Source of the DNA: Candidatus Sigynarchaeum calidifontis
GTDB taxonomy: Archaea; Asgardarchaeota; Lokiarchaeia; Sigyniarchaeales; Sigyniarchaeaceae
Reading direction: 5' to 3'
Length of the DNA stretch: 64,000 nt
Assembly (NCBI GenBank): GCA_030587475.2
Contig: JAUQYZ020000035.1
Span: 1 to 64,000 of the forward strand
The position numbers and the translations under genes are program-made. Under the pieces are notes generated by a model, which was given only the letters and a program-made list of their open reading frames with translations, made no database searches and had not been told where the DNA came from. The stretch's first letter is position 1; each line of letters begins with the position of its first letter. Below, piece by piece: positions 50,926 through 60,705 of this stretch.

Positions 50926-51327
50926 TTAATTTCGATCGCGTTCAAGTAGATCTTTTAAATAATCCAGGTACACGCCATCTTCCTTGTATATCGTTAAAAA
51001 CCGGTTGGATCTCTGGCAGATGATTTGCGTAATGACGTGATAACAACAGATTTCATTTTTCTTCGAGACAGCATTGAAGTAAAAATCGTGGCATGAGCAA
51101 AAATGGGGCGGAAGAAGCAAATACTCGTCCATTTTCCCGACGATCAGCCAAAATTGCGAACCCGATGGAAGAAAAACATATTTATACGTATTTATTCCAC
51201 GGATGCTTTCCAAGACCTTATTCCATTTCTGATCGAGGACTTTGAAATACTGCTCCTTGGTGGCTTGATGCATACGAGCGGAATTACAGTATGCTTCAAG
51301 GATTTCATAATAAGCTCTTTTTTCCAT
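50926..51327 (-). CDS. SWIM zinc-finger protein
   Basis: VG...EYL...CSCHDF...CYH. Confidence 0.8.
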   Translation of the reverse strand: MEKRAYYEILEAYCNSARMHQATKEQYFKVLDQKWNKVLESIRGINTYKYVFLPSGSQFWLIVGKMDEYLLLPPHFCSCHDFYFNAVSKKNEICCYHVITQIICQRSNRFLTIYKEDGVYLDYLKDLLERDRN

Positions 51328-51525
51328 GTGTTTTTCTTGCCATGTCGTGTTTTCAAGCTTGAATCATAGCAGGACCGGAAACCAAACTGATGTTTCACTC
51401 GTGATTTTCAAGATTGCCCGTTCTTCAATTCACTATTGATGAGCCCGATAATAAACAAATCATGTAATAAGATTCGTGAAAGGAGAAGAACCGGGGATAG
51501 CACGTTATACAAGACCGGATGTTGT

Positions 51526-52446
51526 TCATTGGTTACATTGAATTCTTTTTTTGACCAGTTCCCAATTCATATCCACCCAGTCCTGGATCTTTTGAATATC
51601 TTGATCGGTGGCTTGTGAAAAGCGTCCTTGCTTTTTGATATATTCGCGAACAGGAATCCTGTTCTCCTTGTCGAGATATCGCTTCGAATTTTTCTTCAGC
51701 GAGAACACGCCATTTTCCTGTTCCCACATGATCCATATCCCCGATTTGATCGCGAGCCGCCCGATCTCGATCGTCTCGGCGGAATCATAACGCCAACCCG
51801 GGGGGCACGGTGAGAGAATATGCACGAACCTCGTGCCCTTTATCTCCTTGATTTTCTTGAAGGTGGAGAAAACATCTTGCGGATCAGTGCCGTTAACGAC
51901 GCCAACATAGGGGATGTCATGAGCCGCGACGATCCTGGCGATATCCTTTTTCATTTCTTTCTTTCCAAATGGCGTGGTCGTGGTGATCGCCGCGAAAGGC
52001 GTCGAACCGCTTCGCTGCGTGCCCGTATTGGCGTATATCTCGTTATCATAACACGCGTAGATGAAATTGGTTCCCCGTTCAATTGCACCACTCAATGCCT
52101 GGACACCGATATCCACGGTACCGCCGTCTCCGGCCCAGGTCATGACGGTGATATCCTTCTTGCCAAGAGCTTCATATCCCGCGACAATACCCGCCGCAGC
52201 CGCTGCACCCGCTGCAAATGCCATGTTTATGAACGGGACATTGGGCGATGCAGCTGGCCACAGGCCGATATAGACATTCGTGCAACTTGCAGGGGCTACG
52301 ACCACGGTTTTGGGCCCAAGCGCTTTTAAAGCCCACCGTAGAGCGAGCTCGCTCGTGCATCCTGCGCACGCGGAATTGCCACAACATAAGAATTCATCCG
52401 AGTATTCTTCACTCAACATCTCTTTCATGGACATGTTCTTCATCAC
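51526..52446 (-). CDS. porB: Pyruvate/2-oxoacid:ferredoxin oxidoreductase beta subunit
   Basis: ACAGC, GDGGT, DNEIYANTGTQRS, SPCPPGW. Confidence 0.92.
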   Translation of the reverse strand: MMKNMSMKEMLSEEYSDEFLCCGNSACAGCTSELALRWALKALGPKTVVVAPASCTNVYIGLWPAASPNVPFINMAFAAGAAAAAGIVAGYEALGKKDITVMTWAGDGGTVDIGVQALSGAIERGTNFIYACYDNEIYANTGTQRSGSTPFAAITTTTPFGKKEMKKDIARIVAAHDIPYVGVVNGTDPQDVFSTFKKIKEIKGTRFVHILSPCPPGWRYDSAETIEIGRLAIKSGIWIMWEQENGVFSLKKNSKRYLDKENRIPVREYIKKQGRFSQATDQDIQKIQDWVDMNWELVKKRIQCNQ

Positions 52447-53694
52447 CTATTTTATATTCACCCATAACGTCCCGTTCACGAATTTATTCTTACCTGGCTT
52501 GATAGTATTGGTCTCGTGCAGGGCAATCAAGTCCATCAAGACACTCGTCTGGTCATCGACGGTCACATCTCTTCCCCCAAGGCCCCAGACCGCTGGAAGG
52601 TAGGTTATGTTGCCGCCGAGCCGTTGCAGGACAGAATAGAACTCTGAACTCAAGTGGCCTCCAGTTGGAGAACCGTAGGCAATGCTCCGGTCGGCAACCA
52701 CGATCCCCTTGATTTTCTTTCTCTTCAAGAGATCGAGAAAATCACTCACGGGGAACGGACGGAAATAACGCAATTTGATCGAACCGGCTTTTATCCCTTG
52801 GTCCCTCAACAGATCCACGGCGATCTGGACTTGTTCTGATAGAGCGCCAACGGTTATCACGATGTACTCTGCATCGTCGCAGCGGTAGGGTTCGATCAAG
52901 CCTTGATAATTCCTGCCGAATTGTTTACCAAATTCTTGGATGACTTTTTTTATTATCGGGATTGTTTTGGTCATGGTATCGTGAATCTTGAATCGAAATT
53001 CCATGTATTCTTGATTAGGCATGACGAGATTTCCGTGGACGATCGGCCTTTCTGGATCCAGGTATACATGTTGCCACCCGTTTGGAGGTACTGGCGGCAA
53101 GAATGCATCGACGTCCTTTTGTGACGGGATGGTGACCGGCTTCGACGTGTGGGATTGAGAGAACCCTCCATATACCACGAAAACGGGGAGCATCACGTCT
53201 GGATTTTCTGCGATCTTGTAATTCATGATCACCGCGTCAAAAATTTCTTGATGCGTGGATGCGAACTGGATCAGCCACCCGCTATCCCTCATGCTGAGCA
53301 CGTCACTATAATCGACCCAGATGTTCCACGGCGGCGCGATCCCGCGAGAGGCTATCGTCGTGACAACTGGTAACCTGCATCCTGCAACCCAGTGCACCAT
53401 TTCGGTCATGTATAATAGCCCTTGGCCACTGGTTGCCGTGAAGGTGCGTGCTCCTGTCATGGACGCGCCAACCATTCCCGCCATGACCGTGTGCTCGCTC
53501 TCTACACGAATAAACTGTGCTTTCATGGCTCCCGAGTCCACGAAGTCAGACAGCGTTTCCATGACGGTAGTTTGGGGCGTGATCGGGTAAGCTGTTATAA
53601 CGTGAACCTTGGCCCTTCTTGCTGCCCATGCAGCGGCCTCGTTGCCCGTCAAGATCAGCGTCTCTTCCTTGTCCTCAGCACTCGTTGCTCTCAC
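52447..53694 (-). CDS. porA: Pyruvate/2-oxoacid:ferredoxin oxidoreductase alpha subunit
   Basis: GNEAAA, YPITPQT, VESEH, TATSGQG, RPFP, GLGGRD; start approximate. Confidence 0.92.
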   Translation of the reverse strand: MRATSAEDKEETLILTGNEAAAWAARRAKVHVITAYPITPQTTVMETLSDFVDSGAMKAQFIRVESEHTVMAGMVGASMTGARTFTATSGQGLLYMTEMVHWVAGCRLPVVTTIASRGIAPPWNIWVDYSDVLSMRDSGWLIQFASTHQEIFDAVIMNYKIAENPDVMLPVFVVYGGFSQSHTSKPVTIPSQKDVDAFLPPVPPNGWQHVYLDPERPIVHGNLVMPNQEYMEFRFKIHDTMTKTIPIIKKVIQEFGKQFGRNYQGLIEPYRCDDAEYIVITVGALSEQVQIAVDLLRDQGIKAGSIKLRYFRPFPVSDFLDLLKRKKIKGIVVADRSIAYGSPTGGHLSSEFYSVLQRLGGNITYLPAVWGLGGRDVTVDDQTSVLMDLIALHETNTIKPGKNKFVNGTLWVNIK

Positions 53695-54013
53695 CTTGAT
53701 TTTCTCGTATGAAATCGATGGCTTTCTTGGGGCATTCATGAACGCAGATACCGCAACCCTTGCAGTAGTCATAGTCGATCGCCGGGCCGAATTCCTTGTT
53801 GAAGGAAATCGTTCCCTCTGGGCAAAATGTATAGCAGAAGCCGCATTTGTTGCATAGTTGTTGATCGATGACCGGTCTGAACGTGCGCCATTCCCCGGTT
53901 TTGCCGATGCTCCCTGGTACTCCCACCGAGACGGGTATATGAGGCAATTCGTCCGAGCTCTTAAAAGAAGGCAGCGGTTTGAATTGCTTGCCTCTATTCA
54001 CTTTTTTATTCAC
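53675..54013 (-). CDS. porD: 2-oxoacid:ferredoxin oxidoreductase delta subunit
   Basis: TGEWRTFRP, CNKCGFC..CP, DYDYCKGCGICVHECP; start approximate. Confidence 0.9.
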   Translation of the reverse strand: MNKKVNRGKQFKPLPSFKSSDELPHIPVSVGVPGSIGKTGEWRTFRPVIDQQLCNKCGFCYTFCPEGTISFNKEFGPAIDYDYCKGCGICVHECPKKAIDFIRENQGESNEC

Positions 54014-54581
54014 GTGCGTCCACCTTAATGGTTTTTTCATAGGCTTGCTTGGCGGCTTGAAAGTTCAGATCGGCTTTCTTCCCGAAGAACTCGTCGAGCA
54101 CCTTTTTCACGCTTTCTAGCTTGATCAAACCGCTTGCCTTTGCAAACGCGCCGATCATGGCGACGTTCACGACGGGTTGACCTGCAACCGTGAGCTTCAA
54201 ATCGATGGCTATTTTCGTTGCAGGAACTTCAAACACGGTCACAGATGATGAAAACTTGTATCTGTTAGCGTTTTCCGTGTTGAGAATGGCAATTGTATTT
54301 GAAATGGATGATAATATCGCCGGGTAATGCAATAAAGACTCATCCAGGATGAGAATGTAATCCGGATTGGTGATCGCATCTATCCGCTTGATGACATGGT
54401 TCGATATCCGCAAGTATGCCTTGATCGGGGCACCTCGCCTCTCGGCACCGATGATCGGGATCGCCATGATGTCCTTGAAACCGTCGACGAACGCGGCCTT
54501 GCCGAGGATCTTGTTCCCAAGGATGCCTCCTTGCCCGCCCCTGCTCAACACCGTGATCTCTATTAATTTTTGCTCATCCAT
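54006..54581 (-). CDS. porG: 2-oxoacid:ferredoxin oxidoreductase gamma subunit
   Basis: RGGQG, GAERRGAP, NVAMIGA. Confidence 0.92.
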   Translation of the reverse strand: MDEQKLIEITVLSRGGQGGILGNKILGKAAFVDGFKDIMAIPIIGAERRGAPIKAYLRISNHVIKRIDAITNPDYILILDESLLHYPAILSSISNTIAILNTENANRYKFSSSVTVFEVPATKIAIDLKLTVAGQPVVNVAMIGAFAKASGLIKLESVKKVLDEFFGKKADLNFQAAKQAYEKTIKVDARE

Positions 54582-54722
54582 CGATATCCTTGCTCGTATC
54601 GTTTCTGAACATCGTGAGACAATTTTCACCCTAACTATCACTCGTTACTACGCGTTCTGAACATGTGAATCCAACCATTAAGGGATTCATATACAATTGC
54701 GTTGAGAATGGAAGCCGGGAAT

Positions 54723-55487
54723 TCAATTAATTGCCCCCTTGATGATGTCGACTAGCGATTTGGCATCCAAGGAGGCGCCACCCACGAGCCCGCCGTCGAT
54801 ATCGGGCTGTGAAAAAAGTTCCTTGGCATTTTCTGGCTTGATGCTGCCCCCGTATTGGATCCTGGTCGTTCGTGAAACGTCTTGATCGTACATCGAAGCT
54901 AGTAGCTTTCGCACGTAGGCATGTGCTTCTTGTGCTTGTGCTGGCGTTGCAGTCAATCCCGTTCCTATTGCCCAAACCGGTTCGTACGCGATGACGATGC
55001 TGGTCATCTCGTCCTTGTTGATTCCATTCAAGGATCCGGTTAGTTGTTCCTTCAAAACCAGTTCTGTCTTACCCGCGATTCTCTCGTCCTTCGTCTCGCC
55101 GATGCATAGGATCGGCTTTAAACCCTTCTTGACGGCGGTTTTCACTTTCCTAGAGATAAGATCGCTGGTTTCCTTGAAAATTATCCTTCGTTCAGAATGG
55201 CCGAGGATTACATGTGAAGCTCCCACTTCAAGTAACATGTTTGCCGAGATCTCCCCCGTGAAAGCGCCTTTTTCCTCGAAATACATGTTCTGTCCACCCG
55301 TGTAGATCTTTTTGCCTTTCAAGACTTCAGAAATAGCGTGAATGGCGGTAAACGGGGGAAAAATCACGATATCGACCATCTCAGGTAAATTTTCTATTTT
55401 TTGCAAGAATTCCTGAATAAAAGACTTGCTCTCGGCAATGGTCTTTTGCATTTTCCAATTTCCGCCAATGATTGGTCGATTTTTCAT
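54723..55487 (-). CDS. tpiA: Triosephosphate isomerase (bacterial/eukaryotic length)
   Basis: GNWKM, GAFTGE, LGHSERR, AYEPVWAIGTG, YGGS, GGLVGGASL. Confidence 0.97.
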   Translation of the reverse strand: MKNRPIIGGNWKMQKTIAESKSFIQEFLQKIENLPEMVDIVIFPPFTAIHAISEVLKGKKIYTGGQNMYFEEKGAFTGEISANMLLEVGASHVILGHSERRIIFKETSDLISRKVKTAVKKGLKPILCIGETKDERIAGKTELVLKEQLTGSLNGINKDEMTSIVIAYEPVWAIGTGLTATPAQAQEAHAYVRKLLASMYDQDVSRTTRIQYGGSIKPENAKELFSQPDIDGGLVGGASLDAKSLVDIIKGAIN

Positions 55488-55712
55488 GTTCTTTCAGCTT
55501 TGGGCAGTGTCTCGCCGATCTAACAGAGGCTTTATCAAGGCCGATAATCACTCGCCGCATTTTATTGTTTTCTCAACATCATTCGTTCGATGCCTGGCAC
55601 GGAGTTCCACATTAAAAGCCCGGTCGAGGTCGCTTTCGGGTTTCCTCGAATTGATCCGTCTCTCTACCAGCAATAACACACGAGGAACCCCGATCCTTGT
55701 TAGAATGGAATG

Positions 55713-55814
55713 TGCCTCGTACGGGATTTGAACCCGTGTCGCAAGGGTGAGAGCCTATCATGAAAAATTCAAATTGAATTTTTTTGCATGCTGGGCCATC
55801 TACACCAACGAGGC
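55713..55814 (-). tRNA. tRNA-Glu(CTC) with 28-nt intron (55757-55784) at position 28/29
   Basis: Acceptor GCCTCGT/ACGAGGC-A; T arm ACGGG-TTCAAAT-CCCGT; removing the insert restores CAAGG-CTCTCAC-CCTTG. Confidence 0.9.
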
Positions 55815-55851
55815 TTAAGATAATCGAGTTGCAAGAACAAGGTTTTGGTAC

Positions 55852-56049
55852 CTATGCTTGCCTGGACTTCAACTTGATCATGCTCGTTATATATCCCGCG
55901 ATCCTGTTTCTGAGCCTCTTTGTCTTGATGCTCGTTATCTGGTTCAAGATTTGCTTGTTTTCATCGAATACGGTCGAATAGAGCTTTGGTTCCTTGGCAA
56001 CCAATTCTTTTGCGACCCGCTTGATGAAGTCCGGCCGAACTTTTCCCAT
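55852..56049 (-). CDS. rps17e: 30S ribosomal protein S17e
   Basis: MGKVRP...FDENK...KRLRNRIAGYIT. Confidence 0.96.
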   Translation of the reverse strand: MGKVRPDFIKRVAKELVAKEPKLYSTVFDENKQILNQITSIKTKRLRNRIAGYITSMIKLKSRQA

Positions 56050-56132
56050 TCTATCACGCTATCCTTGTCATTTATATGTAATATTCGAAGATCCTAGTGG
56101 CGTTTAAATGATCCCGTAAAATTCTTGGAACG

Positions 56133-58064
56133 ATGTCGAAGATCACGAGAACTGAAGGTTTGGTTCTATTAATCATTGCTCTCGGAACCACGTGCCTCTT
56201 CAATAGTATGACGAGGCAAGCGAGCGGGGAAAATGTATCCTTGATCTCGGTCGCGATAAATGGCCAGGTTCTCACCAGCCATCCAGATACTATCATCGAG
56301 GCAAGACTCCGGACATCCCTTGAAATAAACGTGACCTGGACCATGTTATATGATCCAAATGCGACTCAAAGCGGCTGGATGCAGATCTCCTTGTATAACA
56401 ACGCGAGCCTCGTGCGCAGCAGTGCATTATTCACGGAAAGTGGTTCCAACATCAGCAGGACGTGGTCTTGCCCCCTCGTTCCAGCAGAATGGACGCTGCC
56501 AAGTTACAAGGAATACGGCCGGGTGGAGGTCGCTTTGAAAATAATCGAAGACGGCATCCTTTGCGACCGTGTTTTAAGAAACTTTACTATCCTGGTCAAG
56601 CCAGAGCAGTTGAACGTGTCTCTCTCATCGTACACCTTTAAAAACGCGTCGAACGGGCGCATGGATCACTTGAACGCGAGCTATCGCGTCACGAGCATCC
56701 AGGATCCATCCTTTCACCACCCGGGCCTTCGTTTCTCTTGCGAGATTTTCGACGTGGCCAATTCACTCTTGCACGAGACTGACTTTTATGTCGACGCGAG
56801 TGGCTTTCTCGACGTGATCATTGACAACGATTACTTGATCCTTCTGGAAGGAAAACGGTTCTTGATCAAGAACCATCCAACGACCTTGATCGAGCCGATA
56901 ACCATCGAAACCAGCTTGGCAACCATCGTCAACCGGACCGACGTTCTCTTGTATTACCGCAATCTAACGGAGATCCACGAAGGCAACGCCGTTTTTATCA
57001 ATGTAAACATCGATGTCGGGATGTCGCCCGATTGGAATGGCGTCCTCGTTTTTCCACTCTATTATGAGTGGACGGTCTCTACCGCGACGAGAACAAGGCT
57101 CCAGAACGGTTCGGCATTCGCGCTTCTCGGGACGTTAATGTCCATCGGTCTCGACGCGTCCCTCACGCCCATCATCGAGGATTTATTTCTCGATATCTGG
57201 TTCGAGGGGAATTTTTTCTTCAAAAGCAAGCAAATATCCATCTCTTTGGGGGATCAAGTGATTCGAAAAGAGATCGATATCTATTTAGCGAATCTAGGCG
57301 AGCTCATCGAAAATGGTGCCGGCGACATCCGTTTTCAATTCAACGTGAAGCAAACCACGACTCCAATTGCGTATCACCCCGTCGGGATAAACATCATCAA
57401 CGTGACAAGCGGTGGCTCATTATCCTTGTTGACGTCTATCACCGATGGATTTGGCCGCGCGACGATGTCTTTATCGAAAGACATGATACGTGATCTAGAG
57501 AACGTCCAGGTCGTAATTACAGCTGTTGCAAACCTGACCTTCAAAGAATCGACAAAGACCTTCTCCATGGTCGATTTTTTCACGCGAATGACTCCGTCGA
57601 TTCGATTAAACAATGTCTCGTCCGGATTAACCCTATACACCAATGTAGACAATGAAATCTCGATGTCAATTCTCGTGGACGGGGATGTGGATTTCTTTTC
57701 TGGGCGGCAAGCAAAGCTGGTGTTCTTTACGAAAGATCAAGGCGTGATCCAAGAAAATACTTGTTTTATCAAGTCTGGTGGCTTGATAACCTGCCGGATA
57801 CCCGTGCACGCCATGCAAGCGGGGATGACCGTGCACGTGGGCGTGGTGATCGATGCAACCATGGTGAGCCAGGAATTGTCCGCGATGGTATCGTTTCGCG
57901 TGAGAGCCATCGTCGATGGGACAAGCAACACCGCAATGCAAGCTTGGATGACTATCATTTTCCTTATTGCGGCTGTCTTCGGCGTGATGGCCGGCATCAA
58001 GGGCGTGAAAAGGTTTCATCATCGTTTTTTGTCCAAGGAACAATTCACCATTACCGTGGCTTGA
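56133..58064 (+). CDS. Secreted, C-terminally anchored surface glycoprotein
   Basis: Signal peptide, beta-rich body with about 15 N-x-S/T sequons, C-terminal TM plus basic tail. Confidence 0.75.
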   Translation: MSKITRTEGLVLLIIALGTTCLFNSMTRQASGENVSLISVAINGQVLTSHPDTIIEARLRTSLEINVTWTMLYDPNATQSGWMQISLYNNASLVRSSALFTESGSNISRTWSCPLVPAEWTLPSYKEYGRVEVALKIIEDGILCDRVLRNFTILVKPEQLNVSLSSYTFKNASNGRMDHLNASYRVTSIQDPSFHHPGLRFSCEIFDVANSLLHETDFYVDASGFLDVIIDNDYLILLEGKRFLIKNHPTTLIEPITIETSLATIVNRTDVLLYYRNLTEIHEGNAVFINVNIDVGMSPDWNGVLVFPLYYEWTVSTATRTRLQNGSAFALLGTLMSIGLDASLTPIIEDLFLDIWFEGNFFFKSKQISISLGDQVIRKEIDIYLANLGELIENGAGDIRFQFNVKQTTTPIAYHPVGINIINVTSGGSLSLLTSITDGFGRATMSLSKDMIRDLENVQVVITAVANLTFKESTKTFSMVDFFTRMTPSIRLNNVSSGLTLYTNVDNEISMSILVDGDVDFFSGRQAKLVFFTKDQGVIQENTCFIKSGGLITCRIPVHAMQAGMTVHVGVVIDATMVSQELSAMVSFRVRAIVDGTSNTAMQAWMTIIFLIAAVFGVMAGIKGVKRFHHRFLSKEQFTITVA

Positions 58065-58257
58065 CCGGCATGCACCAGTTTCCATTTCTTCAAGTACAGG
58101 CAAGACCCGGCTGATCGCCTGTGATACTGAAAATGATCGCTTCGGAGTTTTGTCTTCTTGTAATGTTTGTGTATTCTACAATGATCACTTGTCGAAATAC
58201 CCCGGTGTCATTCATCTATTAACACCGACCCCACGTCATTTGCCTTGGTGATATTAG

Positions 58258-59358
58258 ATGAAGAGCTTGATCGAACAAGCAATTGTCCACAAGCGTGACA
58301 TCGAGCGCCCGAAAAACCCCATTGGCTTGGCCAAAATACTCATCATCGGAGCCGGTGGTGCCGGAAATAATACCGTTGATAGACTGATGAGAATCGGTAT
58401 CCGTGGCGCTGAATGCATTGCAGTTAACACTGATCAACAACATCTTGATTTCATTAAAGCCCATAAGAAAGTATTGATCGGTGAAAAAATCACACGCGGT
58501 CTCGGGGCGGGGGGCCATCCAGAGGTCGGTGCAGCTGCGGCTGAGGAGTCCCGCGCGCTCTTGAAGGCAGAGATTGATGGATCGGACCTTGTCTTTATCA
58601 CCTGTGGCGAAGGCGGTGGAACAGGTTCGGGTAGCGCTCCCGTCATAGGCGAGATAGCAAAGAGTATCGGTGCTATCGTCGTCGGCGTCGTCACGCTGCC
58701 GTTCAAATCGGAGGGAATTCGAGTTGAAAAGGCAAAGGAGGCGATCCGGGCGCTACGCGAGAACGTGGACACGCTGGTCGTTATCGACAATAACAAGCTG
58801 CTCGAGATTGCCCCGGATCTTCCCATCGAAGATGCATTCAGCATAGCCGATGAAATTTTAGCTACGATGGTAAAAGGCATAACTGAAACGATTGCTTTGC
58901 CTTCATTGATAAACTTGGACTATGCTGATGTCCGAACCACGTTGTGTTCCGGCGGCGTGACGATCGTTGGTATTGGGGAATCTGATGATCCGCAGAACAA
59001 GGCAGAAAAAGCCATAAACGATGCATTCAGTTCACCATTACTCGAGGTCGACATCACGGGTGCGAAAGGTGCCTTGATCCACGTCACTGGCGGGAGATCG
59101 ATGACGCTTCGCGAAGTGACCGCTGTAACGGAAATCGTCAAGCAGAAGATGGATCCCAATGCAATGGTCATCTGGGGTGCACGCGTGGATCCAAAACTCG
59201 ATGGTACCTTGCGCGTCATGCTACTCATCACGGGCGTGAAATCCCCGCAGATGCTTGGTCCGCTCGAGAACAAGTTCATCGGTAATGCCAACGGTTCCCT
59301 CGTGAATAGAAGGATATCGTTGTTGGACGTGGATAACCTGCCACAATTCCAAGATTGA
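58258..59358 (+). CDS. ftsZ: Cell division protein FtsZ (FtsZ2-like)
   Basis: GAGGAGNN, NTD, GLGAGG, GGGTGSG, IDNN, PSLINLDYAD. Confidence 0.96.
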   Translation: MKSLIEQAIVHKRDIERPKNPIGLAKILIIGAGGAGNNTVDRLMRIGIRGAECIAVNTDQQHLDFIKAHKKVLIGEKITRGLGAGGHPEVGAAAAEESRALLKAEIDGSDLVFITCGEGGGTGSGSAPVIGEIAKSIGAIVVGVVTLPFKSEGIRVEKAKEAIRALRENVDTLVVIDNNKLLEIAPDLPIEDAFSIADEILATMVKGITETIALPSLINLDYADVRTTLCSGGVTIVGIGESDDPQNKAEKAINDAFSSPLLEVDITGAKGALIHVTGGRSMTLREVTAVTEIVKQKMDPNAMVIWGARVDPKLDGTLRVMLLITGVKSPQMLGPLENKFIGNANGSLVNRRISLLDVDNLPQFQD

Positions 59359-59511
59359 ACGGCGTGTGGCGTGATTCAATCCCACGGATGGGCTTTTTTT
59401 TTCACTAATTCGTTGGTGCTCGTCCTTTTAAAACAGCCGGGTTTCCACCATGTACTTGCATCCTTGCATGTCGATGCCTTCTAATGAAATGGTGGAAAAG
59501 GTGCTTGCCCG

Positions 59512-60702
59512 GTGATATCCTTCATCAAAGAGGAGCTCGATCGTAATAGTGTCTTTATTGACGAATCGAAGCTAGGGGTGGATTTCATTCCAGAGAAACT
59601 CATCCATCGAGATGAAGAGATCCGGCAATTAGCTCAGATATTTCTCCCTCTGCTAAAATCTAGCCATTTCTCGTCGAAAAACGCGATAATCACCGGTCCG
59701 AATGGATCAGGAAAGACCGCCTTGAGCAAGAGTTTCGGACTCTCGATCGAAGGAATCGCAAAAGACTTCGATAAGAACATCAAATACATCCATATAAACT
59801 GTCGATTGAACAAATCAAATTACCTAATCATCAAGAAAATAATTGGTACTTTGTGTAGTGATATCCCCGAAAAAGGATATTCGATTTATGAATTGTTATC
59901 ATTGCTGAAGAAGATATTGGATTCAAGGGATATGCACATCATTCTAACCCTCGATGAGATGAATTTCTTGAACATTAAACAGGATAATCTTATTTACATG
60001 CTGAACAGGCTGAACGACGACTCGATAGATGGTAATTCGCGTGTCTCGATCATCGGCATCGAAAAGAACATGACCTTTATCCACAACCTCGACTTGAGCA
60101 CGATATCTTCATTCCAATATAACATCGTTTCTTTCGCTCCTTATACCCCCGATCAAATCTTCGACATTTTACGTGCACGTGCTGCTATTTCGCTTCAGGA
60201 AGATGCATATTCGGATGATATATTGCATTTCATCTCGAACATCACTGCACGGAATGGGGACATGCGATATTCCCTCGAGATCCTGTACAAGGCCGGAAAA
60301 TATGCGGATCGGCATGGTCTCTCCAAAATCACGCCGGAATGCATCCGGCATGCTCAAGATTGTACCAGAGAGAATGTTGATCTGAACTCGTTGAAAAACA
60401 TGACGCAGAATGAAAAGATCGTTTTATTGGCGATATGCCGTGCTTTGATTGCATCTAAATCTAGCACGGTAACGATGACCGAGCTCAAGCAAGAATACAG
60501 CGTCGTTTGCGAGGAATTGGAATGCGAAATGGTGAGGAAATCGCAGCTATATTTCATCGTCTCCCGGCTGAAGCAACTTGAATTCATCACCATCGCCCCT
60601 CCCGCGACTAAGAAAAAGGGGGACAATTCGACGGTGAGCATGGATAGCATACCCGCTCAAGCACTTGCCTCCGAACTACTCAAGCAACTAAGGATGGTGT
60701 AA
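59512..60702 (+). CDS. cdc6: Orc1/Cdc6 replication initiator
   Basis: FIPEKLIHRDEE, GPNGSGKT, HINCR, LDE, FAPY, GDMR, C-terminal wH. Confidence 0.92.
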   Translation: MISFIKEELDRNSVFIDESKLGVDFIPEKLIHRDEEIRQLAQIFLPLLKSSHFSSKNAIITGPNGSGKTALSKSFGLSIEGIAKDFDKNIKYIHINCRLNKSNYLIIKKIIGTLCSDIPEKGYSIYELLSLLKKILDSRDMHIILTLDEMNFLNIKQDNLIYMLNRLNDDSIDGNSRVSIIGIEKNMTFIHNLDLSTISSFQYNIVSFAPYTPDQIFDILRARAAISLQEDAYSDDILHFISNITARNGDMRYSLEILYKAGKYADRHGLSKITPECIRHAQDCTRENVDLNSLKNMTQNEKIVLLAICRALIASKSSTVTMTELKQEYSVVCEELECEMVRKSQLYFIVSRLKQLEFITIAPPATKKKGDNSTVSMDSIPAQALASELLKQLRMV

Positions 60703-60705
60703 TAA

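Noticed and set aside
59359-59511. Definite replication origin
   Set aside because: Short region lacking full ORBs and a DUE; kept only as an inverted-repeat finding.
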